This document shows, one piece after another, positions 33,965 through 41,843 of a DNA stretch of 64,000 bases. The notes beneath the pieces are model-generated. The model did not search any database. It had not been told where the DNA came from and saw nothing but the letters and a program-made list of their open reading frames with translations. The first letter of the stretch is position 1. Each line of letters begins with the position of its first letter. Source of the DNA: a candidate division TM6 bacterium GW2011_GWF2_28_16. Lineage in GTDB: Bacteria; Patescibacteriota; Microgenomatia; UBA1400; PJMF01. The stretch covers positions 67,407-131,406 of the forward strand of contig CP011212.1 of assembly GCA_001029715.1 (NCBI GenBank), given 5' to 3'. The translations under genes and the position numbers were made by a program.

Positions 33965-34033
33965 TTATTCAGCTACTACTAAGATAGCTTTTAGATCAAT
34001 AATTCTAAGTTGAGGTTTTTTATATTTTTGCAT
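33965..34033 (-). CDS. un-called 22-codon ORF MQKYKKPQLRIIDLKAILVVAE; candidate RiPP precursor / leader-like peptide
   Basis: Hand-translated from the minus strand. Y4-x-x-P7-x-L9 matches the YxxPxL leader motif bound by PqqD-like RREs. A TTGACA-17-TAACAT promoter ends 9 nt before the ATG. There is no Shine-Dalgarno, and the ORF is very short. Confidence 0.35.
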   Translation of the reverse strand: MQKYKKPQLRIIDLKAILVVAE

Positions 34034-34042
34034 TGTAATTTA

Positions 34043-34071
34043 ATGTTAGATAATTTTTAAGTTGTTGTCAA
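34043..34071 (-). promoter_or_regulatory. sigma-70-type promoter TTGACA-17 nt-TAACAT upstream of the 22-codon ORF
   Basis: On the minus strand, -35 TTGACA is at 34071-34066 and contains the TGA stop of the methyltransferase gene. The spacer is 17 nt and -10 TAACAT is at 34048-34043. The ATG is at 34033. Confidence 0.45.
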
Positions 34072-34784
34072 CGATTAGATTGCTTTTGAATTATGCCCAG
34101 TCCAGAGCCTAAATAATTTACTTCAATCTTATTTTTGTTTGTTTTTTCTTCCCAAAGTTTCCAGACTCCGTATTTTCCTTCTGGCAAAGTTTCTTTTATA
34201 GAAATATCGTGCAGAAGCATAAGACCTCCTTCATGGAGCATCGGCCAGAAGAGTTTAAAATCTGTTTTTATTCCTTCATAGGAATGGTCTCCGTCTATAT
34301 AGATATATTCATAGCTCATGTTTTTATATTTTTTGGCAAATTTTTGCGTAGTTGTTACAAATAGTTGGATATTATTTTCTAAGCCAAAATTTTTGAAATG
34401 ATCTTTGCCTTCTTGAGTTTTCCAAAAACCTTTTCCGGTCCATGAGCTTTTACCTTCTTTTTTTATTTCATCGCCAAATCCCGCATCAACAAAGTCGACT
34501 TTGCCAAAACCATTGTCATGACAAGCTTGAGCTAGAACAGCTGGTATATATCCATATCGGGATCCAATGCAAAGAATTTTCTTTGCTTTTATTTGTCTGA
34601 GTAGGCCATAGTGAATCCAACCATATCCTAGGTCAGCATTTTTGATATTGGATTCGTGTCCAAATTCATCTGCTTCAAAAAAATTCATTAATTCGGTAAT
34701 TCTTAAATCATTGGAGAGCTTTTTACTTTTTTCTTGCTGATGGAATATTAAATATTTTAAGATTTTTGTTTTGATTCCAAACAT
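34068..34784 (-). CDS. class I SAM-dependent methyltransferase (CmcI / Methyltransf_24-like)
   Basis: Shows ILCIGSRYGYIP (a degenerate G-rich motif I) and YIYIDGDHSYEGIKTDFKLFWPMLHEGGLMLLHDI. Confidence 0.7.
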   Translation of the reverse strand: MFGIKTKILKYLIFHQQEKSKKLSNDLRITELMNFFEADEFGHESNIKNADLGYGWIHYGLLRQIKAKKILCIGSRYGYIPAVLAQACHDNGFGKVDFVDAGFGDEIKKEGKSSWTGKGFWKTQEGKDHFKNFGLENNIQLFVTTTQKFAKKYKNMSYEYIYIDGDHSYEGIKTDFKLFWPMLHEGGLMLLHDISIKETLPEGKYGVWKLWEEKTNKNKIEVNYLGSGLGIIQKQSNR

Positions 34785-34789
34785 AGGTT

Positions 34790-35917
34790 TTAATTCTTTA
34801 AAATTTCGCTAATTTTTTTAATTTTATTATACCAACTATTTTCAATGGCTAATTGTCTAGCCTCTTTTCCATTTTTTTCAATCCAGCTATTTTTTTCAAT
34901 TGTTTCTATATGCTTTTTCCATTCTTGAGCATTTTTTCCTATTTTAATGAATTTTTTGAATTTATTATCAGTTAGTTCTTTTATTTCTGTAGAAATTATT
35001 GGTTTTTCAAAATAAAGATACTCAAAAGTTTTCATTGGATAGCAATTAGCATTAAATGGATAACTGACGTCATAGGGTATTATGCAGAGGTCAAATTGAG
35101 ATATTAATTGAGGAATTTTATCTTTTTTTTGAGATTCAATTTTTTTTACATTGGAGAAAGATAAAAATTTTTTAATTCGTTTTCTTTTATTTTCTTTTAT
35201 TTTTAAGTCTCTTTTAATTGGTCCAATAAAAGTGAAATTAGTTTCTGGCATTAACTTGACTAAATTTATCATTAGATCGTAGTCAATGCGGTCGCTTATG
35301 GCTCCAATAAAACCAACGTTTATTTTCTTCTTCTTTGAGAATTTTATGGGCGATTTTTCAAACATTTGCAAATCAAAGCCCTGAGACACTAAATGAAGCT
35401 TTTTTTTATTATATTTTGCCACTTCTTTTTTTAGGGTCTTTGAATTAACAAAAATATAGTTTGCTTTATCTAAATTTGTTTTATATTTTTTGAAATCAAA
35501 CCAATCAACTATATCTAAGATCAGCTCTCTTTTTTTCAAGTTATGCTTTTCTATTTCCACTGTAAGATCAAAGATCCACTCATATGTTTTTTTATTTATC
35601 GATAGAAAGAAAATAATAAACTCAGTAATAAAATAATTAATTTTGTTATTTAGTTTTGAAAATAAATCTTTTGTAAAGAGAAATTTAATTTTCTTTGGAA
35701 AAAAGTAAAAATATTTATAATAAAAAATGTCATTTTTTTTACTTAATAAAAAGAATTCTTGTTGAAAAAGCTTTTTCCAACTCAAGGAGAAATTTTTTTC
35801 AATAACTAAGACTTTATTATTATTTTGTGTTAAGATCCGAATAGTTTGTAATATGAAATCGCAAATTTCTTGAGGATTTTCATGAGTGGGAACAATAATA
35901 AAACTATTTCTAAGCAT
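34790..35917 (-). CDS. glycosyltransferase, GT-B fold (GT1/GT4-like)
   Basis: The C-terminal half reads INVGFIGAISDRIDYDLMINLVKLMPETNFTFIGPI ... IIPY......NANCYPMKTFEYL...KPIIST. Confidence 0.65.
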   Translation of the reverse strand: MLRNSFIIVPTHENPQEICDFILQTIRILTQNNNKVLVIEKNFSLSWKKLFQQEFFLLSKKNDIFYYKYFYFFPKKIKFLFTKDLFSKLNNKINYFITEFIIFFLSINKKTYEWIFDLTVEIEKHNLKKRELILDIVDWFDFKKYKTNLDKANYIFVNSKTLKKEVAKYNKKKLHLVSQGFDLQMFEKSPIKFSKKKKINVGFIGAISDRIDYDLMINLVKLMPETNFTFIGPIKRDLKIKENKRKRIKKFLSFSNVKKIESQKKDKIPQLISQFDLCIIPYDVSYPFNANCYPMKTFEYLYFEKPIISTEIKELTDNKFKKFIKIGKNAQEWKKHIETIEKNSWIEKNGKEARQLAIENSWYNKIKKISEILKN

Positions 35918-37435
35918 CGACTATATATTAGCAAAGTTTTTGATTTATTTTTTATCAAAAAAAATGCTTTTTCTAAACAAGAAAAAATTTCTATACTTAT
36001 ATCTATTTTGTTTTTAGTTTCAGTTTTCTTCATTCCAAACAATAAATTTTTATTCATGGTTACTGCAACTTACATACTTTCTTTATTTATCGTGAACAAG
36101 TCAATTTATGAAACCGTCTTTTATGCTTTTTTACCACTGAGTTTAGTTTTAGTTGGTCAAGGTTATTCTTATATTGCTATTCCTGGTGAAGCAATAAAAT
36201 CAGAGGGCTATGAAGAGGGAAAAATTTTAAATTATTTTTTTTCTCCATTTATTGTTTTGTTGATTTTAATTAGTTTTTTATTTTTTGTTAATTTAACTCA
36301 AAAACTTTTTAGAAAAAAATCTTTTATTAAATTTAAGCCATTTATTATTTCTTTTTTATTCTTTTTTCTTTTTTCTTTTTTTTCTGCAATTAGCAATGAT
36401 TCTTTTCCAAAATTGTCCTTTCTTTACTTTTTAAATGATTTTCTATTTTTTATTTCTTGTTTTTTTATTGCGCTGTTTATTTCAGATAGCAAGGAAAAAA
36501 CAAATAAAATGAATTTGATTCTATTAAATTTGATAATTTTATCTGTTTTTTTAGGGATGGTTGTGATTTTTCAATTTATAAACAAATCACCCTTAGGAAT
36601 AATAGCTGAAATGAGCCACGAAGTCCCATTTTTTGGAGGTGGAGCAGATGAAGACAGTTCTTTATTTAGACCGATAGGAATTTTTACTCACGCTAATATT
36701 CTGGCTAACTATTTAAGCAATTTATTTTTTTCTATATTTTTATTGAAAGCTTATTTAATAGAAAAAAAAGAATTACTCATTAATAAAAAGTTTATCAATA
36801 TTGGATTGCTTCTCATTTTTATTTCTATATTCTCAACTCTCTCAAGAGCAGTTTATTTAGCTTTGTTTTTATCAGCATTGATTTATGTGTTTATTTTTAG
36901 AAAAGAAATATCCGCAAGCGGTAAGAAAATAGTTAAAAAAATATTGAAAGTTAAATATTTAATTTTTCTTTTACCTTTGATGTGGAATGTAGCTGTAAGA
37001 ATAATTTACAGTTTCAATAGCTTTTATCAAGAGGGAGGGGTTGGAGTTCGGGAAAAACTAACTATAGAGAGCTTAGCTCTTTTAAGAAGAAATTTTTTTT
37101 ATGGAGTGGGAACTGGCATGTTTATCCCATCTTTGTTTAGGGAAAATCCCATTGGAATCATAAGCGAATTTCCGGAGTCAGTTCATAATGGTATTTTATT
37201 AAATTTAATTGAAAATGGGTTTCTTTCTTTTTTCTTCTTTTTGATGGTTTATTTTTTATTTTTCAAAGCTTTAATAGCTTTAAAAGCTAATAAGAAAATC
37301 ATCGTAATTTCTTTTCTAGCAATTTTTTCCCAATTAGTAATAAGTTTCTTTCATCCATTCACAAACACCGTTACTCTATATACTTTTATTATGATTTTGA
37401 TAATATATGATCTATATGCAATTGAAAAAAAATAA
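35870..37435 (+). CDS. O-antigen ligase/polymerase-like (Wzy_C family) membrane protein
   Basis: Polytopic, with LSRAVYLALFLSALIY and ESVHNGILLNLIENGFLSF (a WaaL/Wzy-type loop and motif). The start is uncertain because the ORF overlaps the divergent gene's 5' end. Confidence 0.65.
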   Translation: MRIFMSGNNNKTISKHRLYISKVFDLFFIKKNAFSKQEKISILISILFLVSVFFIPNNKFLFMVTATYILSLFIVNKSIYETVFYAFLPLSLVLVGQGYSYIAIPGEAIKSEGYEEGKILNYFFSPFIVLLILISFLFFVNLTQKLFRKKSFIKFKPFIISFLFFFLFSFFSAISNDSFPKLSFLYFLNDFLFFISCFFIALFISDSKEKTNKMNLILLNLIILSVFLGMVVIFQFINKSPLGIIAEMSHEVPFFGGGADEDSSLFRPIGIFTHANILANYLSNLFFSIFLLKAYLIEKKELLINKKFINIGLLLIFISIFSTLSRAVYLALFLSALIYVFIFRKEISASGKKIVKKILKVKYLIFLLPLMWNVAVRIIYSFNSFYQEGGVGVREKLTIESLALLRRNFFYGVGTGMFIPSLFRENPIGIISEFPESVHNGILLNLIENGFLSFFFFLMVYFLFFKALIALKANKKIIVISFLAIFSQLVISFFHPFTNTVTLYTFIMILIIYDLYAIEKK

Positions 37436-38294
37436 AATTTTAAAGTGGCTAAAGTCTTTTGACAAGATAGATATTATTGGCATTGTTTTCTTTTTTTTGA
37501 TTCTATTTAGTTCTGCATTATTTCTTTTAAGAAGGTCTGAATATGTGTACATTACCATAAGAGTTACCAAAGAAGACAGCCTTCATAATCAATGGTGGGT
37601 TCAGCCGTCTAATTGGTATTTGAAAAATTTAACTGATGGCCTGGAAGATAAAGACCTAATGGGGAAAGTTAATGCGAGATTAGAAAATATGTATTTTTAT
37701 CCAAGAAATGAATCGGTTCAAGATATATTTATAGTTTTAAAATTAGAGGCAACATACAATAAGAGATCAAATCAATATTCATATAAGGGCTTACCTCTTT
37801 TAATGGGCAGCTATCAAAAAATTGAACTAGGAGGAAATTCAATAAGAGGAATGGTTCAAGATCTTAGCTTAGACCCTCCGGTTAGAAAGATGAAATCTTT
37901 TAGGGTTAAAGTCGAGTTAGAGGCTGAAAATAATAGATCTGCTTTTACCAATGCAAATATCGAATATCGTGGAATTGATAATTTTTTGGCAGATCCGATC
38001 AAAGTAGGACTAGTTTCTTATGACAGCGAAAAAGAAGAAATTGTTAAAGTAATTGATGTAAAAAAATCTCCTTCTTATAAAATTTTTATTTCTCCTTTGA
38101 CCAATAAATTAGTCAGTGCCTATGATCCAGATAGACAAAAAGTAGAAATGGAGATGATAGTTAAGCAAGCTGAGGTTTTTGATGGCACTTATTTATACAG
38201 AGAAGATTTGGTAATTGCTTTGGGAGAGGTAATTCCTCTTTATTTTGATTCTCTAACCTTAAACGCAACTGTCACAGGTATAGAGGAGCTCTAG
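37407..38294 (+). CDS. N-terminally anchored protein, DUF4330-like
   Basis: The N-terminus is KWLKSFDKIDIIGIVFFFLILFSSALFLL, followed by a soluble beta-rich domain. The family assignment is tentative. Confidence 0.4.
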   Translation: MIYMQLKKNKILKWLKSFDKIDIIGIVFFFLILFSSALFLLRRSEYVYITIRVTKEDSLHNQWWVQPSNWYLKNLTDGLEDKDLMGKVNARLENMYFYPRNESVQDIFIVLKLEATYNKRSNQYSYKGLPLLMGSYQKIELGGNSIRGMVQDLSLDPPVRKMKSFRVKVELEAENNRSAFTNANIEYRGIDNFLADPIKVGLVSYDSEKEEIVKVIDVKKSPSYKIFISPLTNKLVSAYDPDRQKVEMEMIVKQAEVFDGTYLYREDLVIALGEVIPLYFDSLTLNATVTGIEEL

Positions 38295-38301
38295 AGTTTT
38301 T

Positions 38302-39774
38302 TTATTGGCAATTCCATTTTTCTATTGTTTGTAGCTCGTGCTCCAAAAAACAATTTTCATTTAAAATTTTTCGAACTTCTTCTTTGTTTTTTAAATTATC
38401 TTGATATTCTTTTTCTAGATAAAGTTTTTTTGATTTCAATAGGCTCTCTAAACTACTGAGATTGTTGAGATAAATTCTATTGGTAACTTCGCTATTTTTA
38501 TTTTCATTAGACTTAATATATGTTGAATCATTTTCCATAGTATTAATGCTTAGAGTGTCTAGAAGAATACTTTCTGGAAAATATAAACTTAGCTCATTTC
38601 TTTCTTTGGTGAGATATTCAATTTTTTCTAATCTTTGTTTTGAATAAATACTTTTTAAGTTTGATAAGTTTTGAGGAATCCAAATAATAAACATCAGGAG
38701 AATTATCAAAAAAATATTGTTTTTTTTGATAAATATTTTTTTCACATAAAAAACAAAAAATATGATGTAAAGAATATGCGCTCTTGGAATCAAAACTGAT
38801 ACGTTTGGAAAAATTGTTCCAATTTTATAAATAGATGACAATATTGGAGATAGCAATGAGTAGCTCAAGGTAATTATAAATGGAGTGCTTACTAGCAACG
38901 CTATTTCTTTATTTTTTTTGAGGGTTTTGCTTTTTATGATTTTGGAAGTTATAAAAATTGTTATTAATATGAATATTAAAATTGTTAAAAATTTATTTTT
39001 AAAAATATTAATTCCAATGTTTTCTAAATAAAAACTGCTCAAATTTAAAAGAGTGGGCTTTTTTATCCAATCAATATTATTAAACTGCTGATAATTTTTA
39101 TAAGCACTGATAAGTAAAAATTCAAAAAAATAAATAAGTAGAAAACTTAGATATTGGATTATCTTTTTATTTTTATATAGTAGATAAGAAATTAATGTGA
39201 CCGCTAATACTATAAAACTATAGTCAACATAAATTCCCAGAACTGTTGATAAAATTAGCAAGAATAATGTTTTTTTATTTTTATTATTTAGATAGAGGTC
39301 AAATAAGATAATACTGGTACTACCAATAAAAATTAATAAGCTATACATTCTCAGTTGCCATGATTGTTGAATTATAAGAGGATGAAAACTTATTAAAGTC
39401 GCAAGCAAAACAGCAGAAAAAAAGTCTTTTCTAGTTTTTAATTTATAAAAAGATAAAAATATTATTGCTAGAACTTGAAAAACTAGAGAAGATAAAATTC
39501 TTAAAAATGTTAAATCTCTAGTAAAGAAAAGCAAAAATTTTAGATACAAATAATATCCCCCAGGATGTACATCCTGATTGAAATTAATAGCCATTTCTTT
39601 GAAATTGTATCTTTGAGTAAAAAACAAGGAATATTTTTCATCCAGCCACAGCGGTTGTGTTTTGATCGTGTATAATTTGATTATTATTCCAGACAGAATT
39701 ATAAGAAAAAGAATTATCTTTTCCTTTTTCTGAGGAATGCTATTTATATAAGTTTTAATAGATTTAAGTTTCAT
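38302..39774 (-). CDS. GT-C fold membrane glycosyltransferase (ArnT/PMT, GT39/GT83-like)
   Basis: About 12 TM helices, with the early loop PLWLDEKYSLFF carrying a D-E motif typical of GT-C enzymes. ATG 39774 (MKLKSIKTY..) is preferred over 39828. Confidence 0.6.
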   Translation of the reverse strand: MKLKSIKTYINSIPQKKEKIILFLIILSGIIIKLYTIKTQPLWLDEKYSLFFTQRYNFKEMAINFNQDVHPGGYYLYLKFLLFFTRDLTFLRILSSLVFQVLAIIFLSFYKLKTRKDFFSAVLLATLISFHPLIIQQSWQLRMYSLLIFIGSTSIILFDLYLNNKNKKTLFLLILSTVLGIYVDYSFIVLAVTLISYLLYKNKKIIQYLSFLLIYFFEFLLISAYKNYQQFNNIDWIKKPTLLNLSSFYLENIGINIFKNKFLTILIFILITIFITSKIIKSKTLKKNKEIALLVSTPFIITLSYSLLSPILSSIYKIGTIFPNVSVLIPRAHILYIIFFVFYVKKIFIKKNNIFLIILLMFIIWIPQNLSNLKSIYSKQRLEKIEYLTKERNELSLYFPESILLDTLSINTMENDSTYIKSNENKNSEVTNRIYLNNLSSLESLLKSKKLYLEKEYQDNLKNKEEVRKILNENCFLEHELQTIEKWNCQ

Positions 39775-40678
39775 GGATAAAAAAGTTTCAGTAGTCATTG
39801 TAACAAAAAATAGACAGAATGATCTCACTCATTGCCTCGGTTCACTCCTATCTCAATCCATTGTTTTAGACCAGTTGATTTTAATCGATAATAACTCAAC
39901 TGATAAAACAAAAGAAATTTTCTCTAACTTTGCTAAGAATAGCCAGATACCATGTAAATATGTTTTAGAAAAAAGAAAAGGATATCCTACCGTCTACAAT
40001 CGAGGTTTAAAAGAAGCTAAAAACACTTGGGTGGCATTTATTGATGATGATTGCGTAGCAGATGTTGATTGGTACATGAATATTAAAAAAAGAGTAAATA
40101 AAGAACGCGATGTTAATTTAGCTGCTATTCTTGGTTTTTCAGACACTTATTATCAAACAGATATTTTTTCTTTAGCCACCAATTTCTTTGATTTAATCTG
40201 GAAAAAATCAGGAAGCATTGGAGGAAAAGTAAGAGATTTCGAAATCCTTGATAACAAAAACATTGTTTACAATAAAAACTTTTTAATTAAAAACAAGTTA
40301 AGCTTTGATGAATCTAGAGTAAGGTTTTTCAATGGAGCTAGTGAAGATTGTGATTTAGGTAGACAAATATTTGAAACTAAAAAAGCTGTGGCTATTTATG
40401 ATAGATCAATCAAAATTTGGCATAAAGATCCGGTGAATTTTTCTTGGTTTGTAAAAAAATATTTATCTTCCATTAGTGCTTACTCTTATTATCTAAGTAA
40501 GTGGGGAAATGAATCCCACAATTTAGTTAAAAATAAAATTAACTTTAAAAAAGAACTCATTCTTTTTATTAAGCACCACAGAATTAAATCTTTTAAAAAA
40601 ATAGCTTTATATATTTTGATATATTTTCATGTGGTGCTAGATTATTTCTTTCTCTTGTTTTATAAATCTAAACACTGA
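39773..40678 (+). CDS. glycosyltransferase family 2 (copy A)
   Basis: Shows VSVVIVTKNRQNDLTHCLGSLLSQS, ILIDNNSTD and AFIDDDC (DxD). Confidence 0.85.
   Translation: MDKKVSVVIVTKNRQNDLTHCLGSLLSQSIVLDQLILIDNNSTDKTKEIFSNFAKNSQIPCKYVLEKRKGYPTVYNRGLKEAKNTWVAFIDDDCVADVDWYMNIKKRVNKERDVNLAAILGFSDTYYQTDIFSLATNFFDLIWKKSGSIGGKVRDFEILDNKNIVYNKNFLIKNKLSFDESRVRFFNGASEDCDLGRQIFETKKAVAIYDRSIKIWHKDPVNFSWFVKKYLSSISAYSYYLSKWGNESHNLVKNKINFKKELILFIKHHRIKSFKKIALYILIYFHVVLDYFFLLFYKSKH
39818..40074. repeat. 257-bp block, 100% identical to 41883-42139
   Basis: Compared base by base by eye. Covers the N-terminal halves of the two GT2 genes. Confidence 0.9.
40234..40361. repeat. 128-bp block, 100% identical to 42302-42429
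   Basis: Compared by eye. The offset is 2068 nt versus 2065 nt for block 1, and the blocks are separated by strongly diverged sequence. Confidence 0.88.
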
Positions 40679-40680
40679 TT

Positions 40681-41841
40681 ATGAAAAAATTTCTATTTAT
40701 TTCAGAAACATATCCGTCTGGATTGACTGGCACCAGTGTTAAGACGAGAAACACTATCCAGCATTTGCTGAAATTAGGTCATAAGGTTGATGTAGCCTGT
40801 ATAAGTTTTGACACCTTGGTTAAAAAAGAACTCAAGCATAAAAATTTTAGAGCATTTGCTATCCGTGAAAAAGGAATAAGACGTTTTCGTATAGGTTGGT
40901 TTTGGCGTGTTTTTGAAATTATTTTTACCTATAAACCCTTTATTGTGAGTTCTATTTTTAATAAAAAAGTGCAAATGGTTTTTGATGCGCTCGGAGAAGA
41001 GTACGACAGAGTCTTTTTTGATGGTTTTGCTACTCTTCAATATGCTAGAAAGAAAGATGCTAGATATATTTACATAGATGATGAAGATATAACCTACTTG
41101 ATGAAAAGAAGAGTTGATCAGGAATCAAATATTTTTCTAAAAATATTTTTATATACAGAGTTCCTGAGATCCTTGTTTTTTGAAAAAATAAAGCTCTCTT
41201 ATATGGATCAGGTTTGGGCGATCGCTAAAGAAGATCAGAAACGTTTAAAAACTCTTAGTCCTTCAAAAACTTTATTGATGCCAACTTTAATTGAAGAACA
41301 AAAAAACTGTTTTTCTAAAAAATCTAAAGACTTTATTTTTGTGGGAACTTTAAGTTGGAGGGAAAATTATTTGGGTTTAAGGTGGTTTATTAAAAACTGT
41401 TGGTCTGAAATTTCAAATGATTTTCCAGATTCAAAATTATTAATAGTTGGTCAACAAGGAGATGATAGCTGGGAAAAACTGATTAAAAATTATAAAAACA
41501 TCAAGTTGCTTGGGTTCGTAGACGAGCTAGATTCTGTTTTCAAAAAATCCGCCATCGCTATTTCACCTGTTTTTGTAAATGTTGGGATTAAAATTAAGGT
41601 TTTAACTTATTTGTCTTATGGAATTCCAACAATCTCTACAAAGATATCAACCGGAGGAATGGCAAGTACAAACGGTATTTATTTAGCAAATAAAAATAAT
41701 TTTGCTAAAAAAACTAAAGAACTTTTTAAAAAATCAGATCTGAGATTAAAACTATCCAAAGAAGGTTGGGAAAATATCAAAAAGAACCATTCAAACTCTG
41801 CTTTAGATTTGTTTTTTTCAAAAAGTAAGATTTTTGATTAA
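40681..41841 (+). CDS. glycosyltransferase family 4 (GT-B)
   Basis: Shows FIFVGTLSWRENYLGLRWFI..., KLLIVGQ and the C-terminal ..SPVFVNVGIKIKVLTYLSYGIPTIST. Confidence 0.75.
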   Translation: MKKFLFISETYPSGLTGTSVKTRNTIQHLLKLGHKVDVACISFDTLVKKELKHKNFRAFAIREKGIRRFRIGWFWRVFEIIFTYKPFIVSSIFNKKVQMVFDALGEEYDRVFFDGFATLQYARKKDARYIYIDDEDITYLMKRRVDQESNIFLKIFLYTEFLRSLFFEKIKLSYMDQVWAIAKEDQKRLKTLSPSKTLLMPTLIEEQKNCFSKKSKDFIFVGTLSWRENYLGLRWFIKNCWSEISNDFPDSKLLIVGQQGDDSWEKLIKNYKNIKLLGFVDELDSVFKKSAIAISPVFVNVGIKIKVLTYLSYGIPTISTKISTGGMASTNGIYLANKNNFAKKTKELFKKSDLRLKLSKEGWENIKKNHSNSALDLFFSKSKIFD

Positions 41842-41843
41842 TT

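Noticed and set aside
33946-33987. 13-codon plus-strand ORF MLFRTKFIQLLLR preceded by aagggga, considered as an alternative RiPP precursor
   Set aside because: It is too short, has no recognisable leader motif, and overlaps the antisense 22-codon ORF that carries the YxxPxL motif and a promoter. I kept it only as a remote alternative.
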